A program made the translations under genes and the position numbers. The notes below the pieces were generated by a model. It searched no databases, was not told the origin of the DNA, and worked only from the letters and a program-made list of their open reading frames with translations. A stretch of DNA of 61,598 nucleotides, filler included. It is 5 parts of 5 records of this genome, joined end to end, with 100 filler letters (N's around TTAATTAATTAA, not from the genome) between each part and the next. Parts side by side here need not be neighbours in the genome. Positions count along the whole stretch, not along the records: positions 20,267 to 31,292 come from DRR378314_24; positions 31,393 to 41,829 come from DRR378314_29; 3 more parts are not named here. The stretch is one strand, 5' to 3'. This document shows positions 25,368 to 37,457 of this stretch, in pieces. Position 1 is the first letter of the stretch. Every line of letters starts with the position of its first letter.

Positions 25368-27016
25368 ACAAGGGAGAGAAAGACGTTTCGAGAGAACGTC
25401 CACGTCAGAGTGTACGAGGGAAAACAGACGCACAGCGTAAGAGAGTAGTACAAGCTAGGGCGGCAGCAGGCAACGAGGGTCGTCCGTTACGACCGATACG
25501 AAACGGCGACTGCGTCCGACAGAGGGAGCTATAGGCGCCGCTGCTTCAGAGCGACCGTTTTGCAGGCTGCAAACAACGTACTAGGACCTAAAGCGCAAAT
25601 ATTCAGAGCATCAAAACACGTTTACCTCAATATTATAAGTAGGACAACCCCGATTTCCTTCTCGCGGGAAAAGGATGTAGACTTTCAAGGTCTGACGTCA
25701 TTCTGCGAGATCGGGAAGAAACTCGCCACAAACTCTGCCACTGACGTTGTGCAGCACTGGTACAAATACACTCTTGTTCCTTTCCGTTACACAACACCCG
25801 TGCTCGTACCCGTTTCAACGTTTGCGCGCGGCATTCCCGACGTTTTCACACGTCCCGCACGCGCTCGCAGCGGCGTATACGGTACTATCGTGCTTGACGC
25901 AACGGACGACGTATCATCCGCGTCACTCACTCGCTTTCCGCGTCGAACCGAGTGCCGAACATCGCTACATCCCGTAGAGAAACACATACATACACGTAGG
26001 AGAGTGAGATGGGAACGAAAACGAAAATGTAGAGCACCGGAAAACCGAGAGACGAAAGAAGCCAAAACGCACGTTGTTCCCGTTCCCAGAAAACAACAAC
26101 TCTATCCAGTACTTGGAACGGAAACAACGGAATCCAAGATACTCAACGAGCAGAAAAAAAAAGGAACAAAAAGAGCAGAACAAAACATGCAAACGATACG
26201 AGATACACCCCGATAGGATACGGGAGAGCGTAAACCTCACTTGTGGAGGGAAGAAGAGGAAAATTGAGGACTAGATCCAGTTCCGAGAGACAACGGGAGG
26301 AAACGAGCTCGAGCGCCGAGTTGAACAACACACAGAGGAAACCGAAAAAAAGAAAGAAAAGAGAGGAAGAAACGTGACGCTGCAAAGTGGAAACTGCTCC
26401 AAACGCAACAAAGATCGCGCAGAACGAAAAGCACACACAAACAACTGATCGCTACAATATAAGATTCCGCTCCTTAGACAAGACCAAACTTTGCGGAAAT
26501 CAACCACGTAACGGCTATGCGTATGGCACGTGCGGGCTGCACTTCAGTTCGGGCGGACAAACGCGCTGCAGAGAACGCACGACTTAGTCCATACACGACA
26601 ACATAGCTACAATTGCGTTCCTTTCACCTCTGCAAAGCAAGTTACGACTGCGACGAGAACTACTACAACCAAAGAGCCACAAGTAGCGCACCGGAACTGC
26701 ACAATTACACGCGGAGAACCACTTGTGGAAGCAGCGAGAGCGGACTTGCAACGATTCACGACGACAACATCAGTCTATTTGACTGTGAATCGATAAGAAT
26801 ACTAAAAAGAACCGAAAAAGTACCGATTTTAGGAACCGACAACCGTCACAGCCAATGCGCCCACAATCCCTCACAAAGCTTCGCAGTCGTGCTCTCTTCC
26901 CCCCGCAATTTCTTCGTTTCTACCCCCACTCTATCGCGTATGTGTCATATCAATGGAGATAAGTACGTGTGTGAGGTCAAGTATCGTTCCCACCCCGCCC
27001 GTTACACTCTGGCGTA

Positions 27017-30000
27017 TCACGTAACGTACACTGCGGTTTGCACCGGATCCGCAGACGTTCCTCCGCGTCGCGCCACCATCCGACCGCGCGAGAGCGTTAC
27101 ACGCTTCTCTTTCGCTTCGGGCTTCGTGGCGGATTTTTCAAGACGCTTTTTCGCCGCGCGCAGGTCCTTGAGCTCCGTGTTCGCTTCGTCTACCGCGCGT
27201 TCCGCTACGCGCACATCGGACGAGAGACGATCGCGGCGTTCACCAAGCGCAGCAAAATCACTCATTTCCGTCTCCAACCGCGTTTCGAGACGACGTAGAT
27301 TCACCGCGTCCTTTGGTGTACTGTCTCCACTCAGCGCAGCGTGAACCGAGGATTCCACCGATCGCACTACCGCCTTCTTCGCCTCGAGCTTAATCTCGAG
27401 ATCATCCAGCTCGCTCACGATCTTCCTCCGCAGCGCATCGGCGGAGTTCCGGCTCTCTTCCAGCTCGCGAATCTGCCGATCCAGCCGCGCGATCTCCGCC
27501 TGTGCGTCGCGCCGCACCGCTTCCGGTGACTTATCAACGCGTTTCGCCTCGATGGCCCAGTCGAGCTGCAACTCTGCGGCGCTCAGCTCGAGGTCCCGCA
27601 CATTGTCGATTTCCTGCGTTTCTGTGCGATGATGCGGCGCGTCATGTCGTGCGGTGCTCGCGGGATCGTTGGGCGCGGAGGGACCTGCGCTACCGTTACT
27701 CGACGCGCTGACCTGCTGCCGCATACGAACGGACTGGTCCATCATCTTAATACTCGCAGTGGCGCCATGGTATTTGCTGAGTTTCCCTTTCAGCGCCGAG
27801 AGTTCGTTGTGCAGTGAATCGCGTAGCGTATCGACCATTCCTTTTGCCGCAGCGCGTTCGTTGAGTCGCGACTGTGTCTCCACAACTTCGCGCTGCAGCG
27901 TCGCGGGATCGCTGGCGGAGTCGCCGCGATGGTGGTGGTGCTGCTGTTGCTCCTGCAGTTCCAATCGTGCCACTTCGCGTCGCAGCCGTTCCAATTCCGA
28001 AGTCGGGGCCGCTGCGGCGCTCGTAGCGCTGTCAACTGCACGGTGCGGCTCTTCCGCGTGCTCAATGAGCGGCTCTGAATGCGATGCACCAGCACTGCTC
28101 GTCGCCGCGTCCGTCGCCTCGTTCCCCGTGCGCCGCACCACCTCGTGCGCCATTGCTGCGCGAACACGCGACAGCTCTTCACGGAGCCGCGAACGCTCAT
28201 ACCGCGACTCCAACTCCGCCATACGAGTGCGCGTGGGCGTCGAGGCTACGAGAGCGCGCGAGGGTGATGGGGCATCGACCGGTTTCGCAGCACGGTCGCG
28301 CACTCCGGGCGAGCTCTGACTCGTAACGGTCGCTAACGGTCCCCCGGCATGACCGCGGTGCGTGGACGCGCGCGCTGCTCGTTTCGTCGCCGCGGCAGCA
28401 GTGCGCTCCGCTTCCGCAGCGCGTTGCTCCGCAGCGTTCACTTGGTCTCGCAGTTCCGCGCGCGAGTTCCGCAGGACTTCGATCTCAGCGCGCGCTCCTT
28501 CAAGATCACCTTCCACAACAGCTACGCGTTCTTCGAGCGATCGCTGCGCTGCGCGTGTCTCCTCGTGCGCTGCTCGTTCGGCGTCGACGAGCTCGGCGGC
28601 GCGCTTGCTCTCTTCAGCCTCGCGAATGTACAGCCCCTTGAGATCGTCGAACTCGCGCTGCAGCGCCTCCTGCGCTTCTCGCTGCTCGTTGAGGCTCTGA
28701 CGCAGCGTTTCCACTTCTTCTCGACGATCACGCGTCTCTAGTGCGGTGGCGAGGTCCTGCACGCCCTCGCTGAGCAGCTGCAGGGCGTGCTCAAACGCAA
28801 CTTGGACCGTCTCCGCCGTCTCCGCCGCTGCGAGCGATGAGCGCGCTTCGGACACGGACGAACCGCGCGATTCCGCCTCCCCACACGCGTGAAGTGCCAG
28901 TTCCGCGAGCGTGCATGCGACACCGCCGCCACTCTGCAGCGTGGAGACCAAATCCGCTTTCTCGCCGGTCACCGAGGACGCTTCGGCGGTCTTGGTCGCG
29001 AGCTGCTCCTCCAGCGCGCGGATCCGCGACTCGAGCTCCTTCACCTTGGCAAACGCGCGCGCACTCTCCACCACCGCATCGCGCTCCATCGATGACCCGG
29101 TACCGAGAGATAGGACTGCGGGAGCGGGTGCGGGAGCGCTTCCCGTCGGGCCGCTGTGCCGCTCCACCACCACCTGCGGTCCGAGCCCGGCGCGAGCGAG
29201 ATCGCCCGCCAGCGGGTTGTACGTCGAAGCGGGCGACGACGGCGTGCGGACGGCCGTTACGCTACTCGCGTCCGCAGCGACCGCGTTTGTGTCAACACGC
29301 AGCGCACCGGTGGAGGTGGAGGTGTGCGCGGGCGCGGCTGCGGCTGCTGCGACGGTTCCAGCGTCTGTTCCGCCACCACGCACTTCGGTGACATCCTTGT
29401 TGTCATTGTACTGTCCAGTGACATCTCTGACCGCAGCATCGCCGGACGAGCTGCCGGCCGCGTGCTGGCGCGCGCGAAGCACTTCGAGTTCGCGCTCGAG
29501 ACGCGCGTTTCGCTGCTCGAGGCGCTCGCGCTCAGCTGCTGCGGCGGAGGAGGATGAGGCGTCGGTGTGCGCGCTCGACCCGCTCACGGCGCCCGATGGC
29601 GGTTTGGTGGAGCGACGCGCGTGCTCGCCGCCGCTCGCCGCCCGGTTTCCGCGCTCCGATGCCGCGTGTGGGTCGCTTTCGACACGATCGTGCGGCGGCG
29701 CGGCAGCCGTGGAAGGCTGGGGTGCGCCATGGCCGTTGGCTTCGACTTCCGAAATCGCGAATCCGGCAGCGGACTCCTCGGACGACGTCGACTCCCAATC
29801 GCCATTCACCTCATGATCGCCATCCAGTGCCTCGTGCACGATATCGTGCGCATCGCCAAGTGACCCATCCAGCGAAAACGAGTCTCCCGGCTCGATACCG
29901 CCGCCTCGCGAAGAAAACGGGTTGTCACTCAATATCGAATCTTCGATGGCACTCTCGTCGATCCCGTTGAGCGCGGCTGGAGAAGGCGCCGGGGCCGCTT

Positions 30001-31144
30001 CCGGAGCGCGCTCCGTCCTCCCGGGTGTCTTCTTGCCTTTCCCGCGCGCACTCTGCGGTGTTTTTCGTTTGGTAGCCAGCGAGGAGCTTCCTTTTCGCAT
30101 ATTATGCGGAGTTGGCGACGAGCTGGTGGACGATGGGCCGGCGCGCTCAGCGCTACCAGCGCGGCGACGGCGAAGCCCATCGTGCGCTCCCTTGACGAGT
30201 CGGAACTGGAAGCATTCGCGCAGAGAAGCACCACCTGGAAGGACAAAGTCAAAGCGATGCTCATCCGCTGTGGAGTGCCAATGCACTTGATCCTCCTTGA
30301 AGGCGCGCAGAGTAGCCGAGTCGAGATTATTCTCAAATTTGCTAACCAGTTGTGGATGAAGCTCGGCTAGGAGGACCAACAGGCGTCGACCACCTCGACG
30401 GACTTCCGCCACAGAATCACTCGCAGCTTTACACGCCGCTTTCTCGAAGGAAGACTTGAACGAATGGCTTGCATCGTCTCTGCGCTCGAGTTCTCGCTCC
30501 AACAGCAGCTGTAGGTACTCGACAGCGCGAATGCGAGTCGTCGGATGAGCGTTTTCTTTCACTGCATCTCGCAGTCGATGCACGAGCGCTCGTCCCGCAC
30601 CGGAATGCAGCAAAATCAGTCGAATACAGTTCGCCGTGGACTCTGCGATCACCTGGATCGTGACAACGTTTTGGCGCATTAGCGCCAGTACAAATGGATC
30701 CGCATACGGCTCAAACGCCGGACCCACAGCTTCCGCAACTGCTGCCAGAGCGCGCGACACCTCTTTCACAACGGCAGAGCGGCGATCCATGATCTGCGCA
30801 CACAGCGCGTGCTTGAGCGCGATAAAACTGGACAAAAAGTCCTTATGCGAAGCGGCACCACCGAGAACGATCGAAGTAAGACGCTGCAGTGCGTACACAC
30901 GATCTCCCCACGGCATCTCCGTTGATTCCAGACGCAGCGGAAGTCGCTCCGTCAGTTCCATCGTCACCTCCGAGGGAGAGAGCTTGATGGGCTCGACATC
31001 CTCCACGGCCAGTGCTGCTTCGGCAGCTGAACCGTCGGAAAGTCCACTCGCAGCCGAATACGAACGGAAGATCGAGGGCGATCTCGATCGCAACGACGAG
31101 CGCCCGACAGATGCTTTTGAAGGAGAAAGCAACGTATCCGACAT
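27017..31144 (-). CDS. CLASP-type TOG domain protein with long low-complexity and coiled-coil regions (large exon; gene probably continues on both sides)
   Basis: 1375-aa ORF. VEPIK..WGDRVYALQRL..IMDRRSAVVKE..VTIQVIAES..RIRAVEYL..SDSVAEVR matches CLASP_N/TOG2 HEAT repeats. E/R/A/L heptad-rich C-terminal half. Candidate TAG acceptor just upstream of the ATG and GTACGT donor near the ORF end. Confidence 0.8.
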   Translation of the reverse strand: MSDTLLSPSKASVGRSSLRSRSPSIFRSYSAASGLSDGSAAEAALAVEDVEPIKLSPSEVTMELTERLPLRLESTEMPWGDRVYALQRLTSIVLGGAASHKDFLSSFIALKHALCAQIMDRRSAVVKEVSRALAAVAEAVGPAFEPYADPFVLALMRQNVVTIQVIAESTANCIRLILLHSGAGRALVHRLRDAVKENAHPTTRIRAVEYLQLLLERELERRDDASHSFKSSFEKAACKAASDSVAEVRRGGRRLLVLLAELHPQLVSKFENNLDSATLRAFKEDQVHWHSTADEHRFDFVLPGGASLRECFQFRLVKGAHDGLRRRRAGSAERAGPSSTSSSPTPHNMRKGSSSLATKRKTPQSARGKGKKTPGRTERAPEAAPAPSPAALNGIDESAIEDSILSDNPFSSRGGGIEPGDSFSLDGSLGDAHDIVHEALDGDHEVNGDWESTSSEESAAGFAISEVEANGHGAPQPSTAAAPPHDRVESDPHAASERGNRAASGGEHARRSTKPPSGAVSGSSAHTDASSSSAAAAERERLEQRNARLERELEVLRARQHAAGSSSGDAAVRDVTGQYNDNKDVTEVRGGGTDAGTVAAAAAAPAHTSTSTGALRVDTNAVAADASSVTAVRTPSSPASTYNPLAGDLARAGLGPQVVVERHSGPTGSAPAPAPAVLSLGTGSSMERDAVVESARAFAKVKELESRIRALEEQLATKTAEASSVTGEKADLVSTLQSGGGVACTLAELALHACGEAESRGSSVSEARSSLAAAETAETVQVAFEHALQLLSEGVQDLATALETRDRREEVETLRQSLNEQREAQEALQREFDDLKGLYIREAEESKRAAELVDAERAAHEETRAAQRSLEERVAVVEGDLEGARAEIEVLRNSRAELRDQVNAAEQRAAEAERTAAAATKRAARASTHRGHAGGPLATVTSQSSPGVRDRAAKPVDAPSPSRALVASTPTRTRMAELESRYERSRLREELSRVRAAMAHEVVRRTGNEATDAATSSAGASHSEPLIEHAEEPHRAVDSATSAAAAPTSELERLRREVARLELQEQQQHHHHRGDSASDPATLQREVVETQSRLNERAAAKGMVDTLRDSLHNELSALKGKLSKYHGATASIKMMDQSVRMRQQVSASSNGSAGPSAPNDPASTARHDAPHHRTETQEIDNVRDLELSAAELQLDWAIEAKRVDKSPEAVRRDAQAEIARLDRQIRELEESRNSADALRRKIVSELDDLEIKLEAKKAVVRSVESSVHAALSGDSTPKDAVNLRRLETRLETEMSDFAALGERRDRLSSDVRVAERAVDEANTELKDLRAAKKRLEKSATKPEAKEKRVTLSRGRMVARRGGTSADPVQTAVYVT

Positions 31145-31262
31145 CGAATCGCCGTCCGCCTACACCATACGCGCGCAGACGCAAGAACAATGGAGAGGTT
31201 AAGGAGTAGGACAGAGCGGTTCGATAGCGGGGTGGGGGGCGAAGCCCAGGCGCAATGAACGC

Positions 31263-31292
31263 TCTGTCTATCTATCTGTCTGTCTGTCTGTC
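31263..31292. repeat. (TCTG/TCTA)n microsatellite at contig end
   Basis: Tetranucleotide repeat abutting the spacer. Confidence 0.85.
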
Positions 31293-31392
31293 NNNNNNNN
31301 NNNNNNNNNNNNNNNNNNNNNNNNNNNNNNNNNNNNTTAATTAATTAANNNNNNNNNNNNNNNNNNNNNNNNNNNNNNNNNNNNNNNNNNNN
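31293..31392. other. Artificial contig spacer
   Basis: N44-TTAATTAATTAA-N44. Confidence 0.99.
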
Positions 31393-31579
31393 AAACTCGC
31401 ATCTTGAGGTAGTTTGGGTATACATATAAAAACAATGTTAGATATTATGCTAACCTGTGTTTTCAATGCTTAGGTTGTTATTACATAGAATATTACAAAA
31501 TTTTACGATTTGTTTTTTCCATCTGAGTACAAAAAGCTTTAAAATAGAAAAAGTAGTGAAAATGATAATGGAGAGCGAC

Positions 31580-32383
31580 TTGTCGCAACCAATAGTAGAA
31601 ATCAAGGATGTAAGCTTTTCAAGGGGCGACAGAAGCATATATAAAAATATGAGCTTCAGTGTTCCTAAGGGTAAGATCACTGCCATTATGGGGCCCAGCG
31701 GTATAGGTAAAACAACCATGCTGCGATTAATTGGTGGCCAATTAAAACCTGATAGCGGCACGATTTTATTTGAAGGTGATAATATCCCAACCATGACGCG
31801 CAAAGAGCTTTATGCCGCGCGTACAAAAATGAGCATGTTATTTCAAAGTGGCGCATTATTTACAGATATGTCAGTGTTTGACAACATCGCTTTTCCACTT
31901 AGAGAGCATACTCGTCTCAGCGAAGATTTAATCCGTCTTGTCGTATTGATGAAACTTCAGGCCGTTGGCTTGCGCGGTGCTCAAGACTTGATGCCTTCGG
32001 AACTCTCTGGTGGCATGGCACGACGTGCTGCCTTGGCGCGTTCAATCGCACTTGATCCAGAGCTCATTATGTATGACGAGCCATTTGCTGGACAAGACCC
32101 TATCTCAATGGGGGTTTTGGTCAAGCTAATCAAATCACTTAACCAAGTATTAGGCTTATCTTCATTAATTGTTACACATGACGTAACAGAAGTTATGAGT
32201 ATCGCAGATCATGTGATTATCATTGCTGACCAAGGTGTGATTGGAAGTGGTTCTCCAGAACAAATGCGTAATCATGAGTCGCCATTAGTACAGCAGTTCT
32301 TAAAAGGATTGTCTGATGGACCAGTACCGTTCCATTTCCCCGCAGAACCTTATAATGATGAATTACTTGGAGTGCTTAGCTAA
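31580..32383 (+). CDS. mlaF: Phospholipid ABC transporter ATP-binding protein MlaF
   Basis: Walker A GPSGIGKT, signature [18 protein letters not shown] start after a GGAG RBS (ATG 31568 is an alternative). Operon context. Confidence 0.95.
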   Translation: MSQPIVEIKDVSFSRGDRSIYKNMSFSVPKGKITAIMGPSGIGKTTMLRLIGGQLKPDSGTILFEGDNIPTMTRKELYAARTKMSMLFQSGALFTDMSVFDNIAFPLREHTRLSEDLIRLVVLMKLQAVGLRGAQDLMPSELSGGMARRAALARSIALDPELIMYDEPFAGQDPISMGVLVKLIKSLNQVLGLSSLIVTHDVTEVMSIADHVIIIADQGVIGSGSPEQMRNHESPLVQQFLKGLSDGPVPFHFPAEPYNDELLGVLS

Positions 32384-33162
32384 TGTTCGATATGTTACAA
32401 AAGCTAGGCCAGAAAACATTTGGCCGATTTGCAGCGCTTGGCCGCTCTACCCAAATGTTAATTGGCGCGTTGTGGAACTTACCAAACTTTCGTAAAGGAA
32501 CCCCGTTACTTGTTCGTCAGTTATATATGGTTGGTTCGCAATCTTTACTGATTATTATGGTATCAGGCTTATTTATCGGCATGGTGCTCGCGTTGCAAGG
32601 TTACACCGTATTGGTGGGCTATGGTGCTGAGGATAGTCTTGGGCCATTGGTTGCGTTAAGTTTACTTAGAGAGTTGGGGCCTGTAGTGACAGCTCTGCTA
32701 TTTGCTGGACGAGCAGGCAGTGCGTTGACTGCAGAGATAGGCCTTATGAAAGCAACCGAGCAGCTTTCAAGCCTAGAAATGATGGCTATCGACCCACTTA
32801 AACGCATAATAGCGCCACGGTTTTGGGCAGGCTTTATCAGTATGCCGTTACTTGCATTGATATTTTCAGCGGTCGCTATAATTGGCGCTCACTTAGTGGG
32901 CGTAGATTGGCTAGGGGTTGATACAGGTAGTTTTTGGTCAATCATGCAATCTCAAGTGTCATTCCAACAGGATATTTTAAATGGCATGATTAAGAGTTTT
33001 GTATTTGCCATCGTTGTCACGTGGATTGCACTTTATAAAGGGTATGACTGTGTGCCGACATCAGAAGGTATTAGTAAAGCAACAACAGAGACCGTTGTGC
33101 ACTCATCTCTGGCTGTTTTAGGGTTTGATTTTATTTTGACAGCGGTAATGTTTACCAGCTAA
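32383..33162 (+). CDS. mlaE: Lipid asymmetry ABC permease MlaE
   Basis: [40 protein letters not shown] overlap with mlaF. Confidence 0.97.
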   Translation: MFDMLQKLGQKTFGRFAALGRSTQMLIGALWNLPNFRKGTPLLVRQLYMVGSQSLLIIMVSGLFIGMVLALQGYTVLVGYGAEDSLGPLVALSLLRELGPVVTALLFAGRAGSALTAEIGLMKATEQLSSLEMMAIDPLKRIIAPRFWAGFISMPLLALIFSAVAIIGAHLVGVDWLGVDTGSFWSIMQSQVSFQQDILNGMIKSFVFAIVVTWIALYKGYDCVPTSEGISKATTETVVHSSLAVLGFDFILTAVMFTS

Positions 33163-33176
33163 AAAAGGTATAGATA

Positions 33177-33725
33177 ATGAATTCACGGAAATTAGAAATT
33201 TTAGTTGGCTTTTTCGTCGCTTTAGGGATTGCAGCATTTGCAATGTTGGCATTGAAAGTGGCTAACGCAGGTATCAGTGGTAATGGAGATACTTATTTAT
33301 TAAAGGCTAAATTTGATAATATTGGCTCACTAAAAGCGCGAGCGCCGATTAAGGTCGGTGGCGTAGTTGTTGGCCGTGTTGAAGCAATCTCAATCCATCC
33401 ACAAGAGTTTTTACCCGTGGTTGATATGACAATTGATGCGCAATATCAATGTCGATTTTCGGATACTAGCTCAGTGTCTATTTTAACATCAGGTATCTTA
33501 GGTGAGCAGTACTTAGGCATTAACCCTGTTATTGCGCCTAAATCAGCTGAGCAGTCATGTTTAGGGCTTGAAGTAACAAGCAATGATGGTGACTTAGGAT
33601 TAGACGAGTTGTTTGGTGTAGAGAGTAAAGCATTAAACGATGGTGACTTTATTACAGACACTAAATCAGCACTAGTACTTGAAGAATTAATTGGTCAGTT
33701 CTTATTCAACCAAGGTGGCGAGTAA
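33177..33725 (+). CDS. mlaD: MCE-domain protein MlaD
   Basis: N-terminal TM helix, FDNIGSLK..GGVVVGRV, TSGILGEQY, DTKSALVLEELIGQFL. Confidence 0.95.
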   Translation: MNSRKLEILVGFFVALGIAAFAMLALKVANAGISGNGDTYLLKAKFDNIGSLKARAPIKVGGVVVGRVEAISIHPQEFLPVVDMTIDAQYQCRFSDTSSVSILTSGILGEQYLGINPVIAPKSAEQSCLGLEVTSNDGDLGLDELFGVESKALNDGDFITDTKSALVLEELIGQFLFNQGGE

Positions 33726-33730
33726 TTATT

Positions 33731-34411
33731 ATGTTTAAAAAACTTTTAGCTTTAATCACGTTTGTTTTTATCGCAACCAATGCAAATGCAAATACAGATT
33801 CGGTCAATTTAAAAGACCCATACAAGATGGTGCGTCAAGTATCAGATAATACCTTTCAACGTATTACGCGTGATCAGCCACTCATCGAAAAAGATAAAGA
33901 ACATTTACGTATTATAGTTTCTGAGGAGTTAATGCCTTATATCGACTATAAATACGCTGCGCTTCGCGTTTTAGGTAGCCATGTTTCGAAAGTGCGTGCG
34001 ATTAAAGATCCCGCAGAACAAAAACAAGCTATCGAAGATATCAAAACATTTATTGATGTTTTCCAAGAGTATTTAATTGCCACGTATGCGGGTGTGTTTA
34101 CCCAGTACACTAACCAGCAGGTTGAGTTTGCTCCTAGTCGAGAATTTGCTGGTCAAGATGTTGTATTAGTTAAAACTAAAATTGTTGATCCAGGTAAACC
34201 TGATATCAAAATTGATTTTAAAGTACGTGAAGATAGAAGCGGCGAATGGCGTGCGTACGACATGGTAGCAGAAGGCATTAGTTTACTTGATGCAAAGCAA
34301 AGTGAGCTTCAAGGCATTCTTCGCCAACAAGGCATTGAGCATGTAAGTAACTTACTAAAACAAAAAAGTCAGTTACCTGTCCAGTTCAGAGGTGAGGGTG
34401 GTAATGAGTAA
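33731..34411 (+). CDS. mlaC: Periplasmic phospholipid shuttle MlaC
   Basis: Signal peptide, ELMPYIDYKYAA, GEWRAYDMVAEGISLL. Confidence 0.93.
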   Translation: MFKKLLALITFVFIATNANANTDSVNLKDPYKMVRQVSDNTFQRITRDQPLIEKDKEHLRIIVSEELMPYIDYKYAALRVLGSHVSKVRAIKDPAEQKQAIEDIKTFIDVFQEYLIATYAGVFTQYTNQQVEFAPSREFAGQDVVLVKTKIVDPGKPDIKIDFKVREDRSGEWRAYDMVAEGISLLDAKQSELQGILRQQGIEHVSNLLKQKSQLPVQFRGEGGNE

Positions 34412-34697
34412 AGTCAGTGTTACTCAAGTAACCGATCATGAGTTTCGTATCAGTGGCGAGCTGACGCGAAACTCAATCGCAACTGAACGGCTTCTTAATA
34501 AAAACCCACAAAGTAACCATAAAACCTGGTATTTTGACCTTTCTGAGGTGTCTAGGGTTGACACGGCGGGCTTAGCTTGGTTAATTCACTCTTTCGCAGA
34601 ATTAAAGCAACAAGGCATTCGCCTTGAATTGCAAAATATTCCTGAGCAACTGCAAAATTTAATGCAGTTGGGACAGGTTACAACCTTATTTGAGTGA
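34404..34697 (+). CDS. mlaB: STAS-domain protein MlaB
   Basis: [20 protein letters not shown] motif; position in operon. Confidence 0.9.
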   Translation: MSKVSVTQVTDHEFRISGELTRNSIATERLLNKNPQSNHKTWYFDLSEVSRVDTAGLAWLIHSFAELKQQGIRLELQNIPEQLQNLMQLGQVTTLFE

Positions 34698-34702
34698 GAG
34701 TT

Positions 34703-34960
34703 ATGCAAACAAGCGAAGTCGAAACATTATTACGCGACGAATTACAATTAACAGAAGTACATGTAAAAGCCAACGGTAGCCATTATGAAGTGGTTGCTGT
34801 GGGTGAGTGTTTTGATGGCTTAAGCCGTGTTAAAAAACAACAGTTAGTGTACGGCCCATTGATGAATACTATTTCTGACGGAACAATCCACGCTGTGTCT
34901 ATTCGTGCATTTACACCGACAGAGTGGAAGCGTGAACAAAAATTTATCTTACCGCAATAG
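34703..34960 (+). CDS. ibaG: BolA-family protein IbaG (YrbA)
   Basis: [35 protein letters not shown]; lies between mlaB and murA. Confidence 0.93.
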   Translation: MQTSEVETLLRDELQLTEVHVKANGSHYEVVAVGECFDGLSRVKKQQLVYGPLMNTISDGTIHAVSIRAFTPTEWKREQKFILPQ

Positions 34961-34964
34961 TTAA

Positions 34965-36233
<1,269 letters not shown>

Positions 36234-36236
36234 TAG

Positions 36237-36278
36237 CCTAGAACCTAGGTCCTAGCTTCTAGGCCCTGGGTTCTATAA
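36237..36278. repeat. Palindromic YCTAGNN heptamer array between convergent murA and degS; possible bidirectional terminator
   Basis: CCTAGAA CCTAGGT CCTAGCT TCTAGGC CCTGGGT TCTATAA; 36239-36255 is nearly complementary to 36259-36275. Confidence 0.7.
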
Positions 36279-37355
36279 TTCTGTTTCAAGTTCGGCCACT
36301 TTGACCATCACTTTTAAAATTTCCCCACTTCGATAAAGCTGAAACTCAATCTCATTTCCAGGTTCTGAATTTCCTATTAACGTAAGCGTACGTTGCGGGT
36401 TACTAACATCTTTCCCTGCTATCTTAACGATTATATCCTGCTCTTTTATACCAGCCTGCCATGCAGGGCCGAACGGATCTAAGCTTGTAATACGAAGCCC
36501 TGCAACAGGGGTATAATTATCGCTGACTTCTTTACCTGTATTATCAACAGCAGTGCCTGTGAAGCCCAAATAACCTCTTACAACACGGCCGTGTCGAATT
36601 AACTTATCCATCACTTCTTTTGCTAAAGAATAGGGCACAGCGAAGAAAATACCTTGAATGTCCAAATTTTCACGCGTTTTGAACTGTGCAGATGTTATCC
36701 CCACCAAGTCACCTTTAGAGTTGACTAACGCGCCGCCTGAGTTTCCTACATTTATGGCAGCATCCATTTGTAATAGGCTATTGAACGGGCTGTCAGTGAT
36801 TTTTTGTTTGCCTGTTGCGCTGATTATTCCTTGAGTAATTGTTTGCCCTAAATTAAGTGGGTTTCCTATCGCAAGTACTACATCTCCCACACGTGGGTTA
36901 AAGTTATTATTCACTGGAATGACAGGTAAGTGTTCGGCATTAATTTTTAATAACGCCAAGTCTGTTATGGTATCAAAGCCGATGAGTTGTACATCAAAAA
37001 AGCGACGACCATCAGTGAGGATCACCATTATTTGATCCGCATTATTAATCACGTGATAGTTAGTTAATATATAACCATCACTGGACATGATAACGCCAGA
37101 ACCGAGTTCTTGAACTGTGTTTTGGCGTTTATATCGAGGTTGGCTAGAAATACTCTCAGAGAAAATGGTGACAACGGATGGTCCAGCTCTCTCTACTGCA
37201 TCAGAAAAGCTCAGGTGCTGACTTGTTATAGCGCTGGGTAGGGCAACATTCGGTAAAAGAGCCGCTCGCATATTAGGGCTAAAGAATACCACTAAGAAAG
37301 CGATACCGAGGCCAGCAAATAGAGGGGGAAGTACAAATTTAAAAAATCTTAGCAC
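36273..37355 (-). CDS. degS: Outer-membrane stress sensor protease DegS (trypsin domain + 1 PDZ)
   Basis: N-terminal TM anchor, TNYHVI, DLALL, GNSGGAL, one PDZ; downstream of degQ. Start uncertain (GTG 37355 or TTG 37379). Confidence 0.88.
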   Translation of the reverse strand: MLRFFKFVLPPLFAGLGIAFLVVFFSPNMRAALLPNVALPSAITSQHLSFSDAVERAGPSVVTIFSESISSQPRYKRQNTVQELGSGVIMSSDGYILTNYHVINNADQIMVILTDGRRFFDVQLIGFDTITDLALLKINAEHLPVIPVNNNFNPRVGDVVLAIGNPLNLGQTITQGIISATGKQKITDSPFNSLLQMDAAINVGNSGGALVNSKGDLVGITSAQFKTRENLDIQGIFFAVPYSLAKEVMDKLIRHGRVVRGYLGFTGTAVDNTGKEVSDNYTPVAGLRITSLDPFGPAWQAGIKEQDIIVKIAGKDVSNPQRTLTLIGNSEPGNEIEFQLYRSGEILKVMVKVAELETEL

Positions 37356-37396
37356 GGTATTCTTATTATTAGAGGGCAATCCTGTTATTTTGGCAC

Positions 37397-37429
37397 AAAA
37401 AAAATAACAGCGGCAAGTGCCGCTGTTAT
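37397..37429 (-). terminator. Rho-independent terminator after degQ
   Basis: ATAACAGCGGC stem followed by a T8 run on the minus strand. Confidence 0.85.
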
Positions 37430-37457
37430 ATATTTTATTATTTAATCGATATTTATA

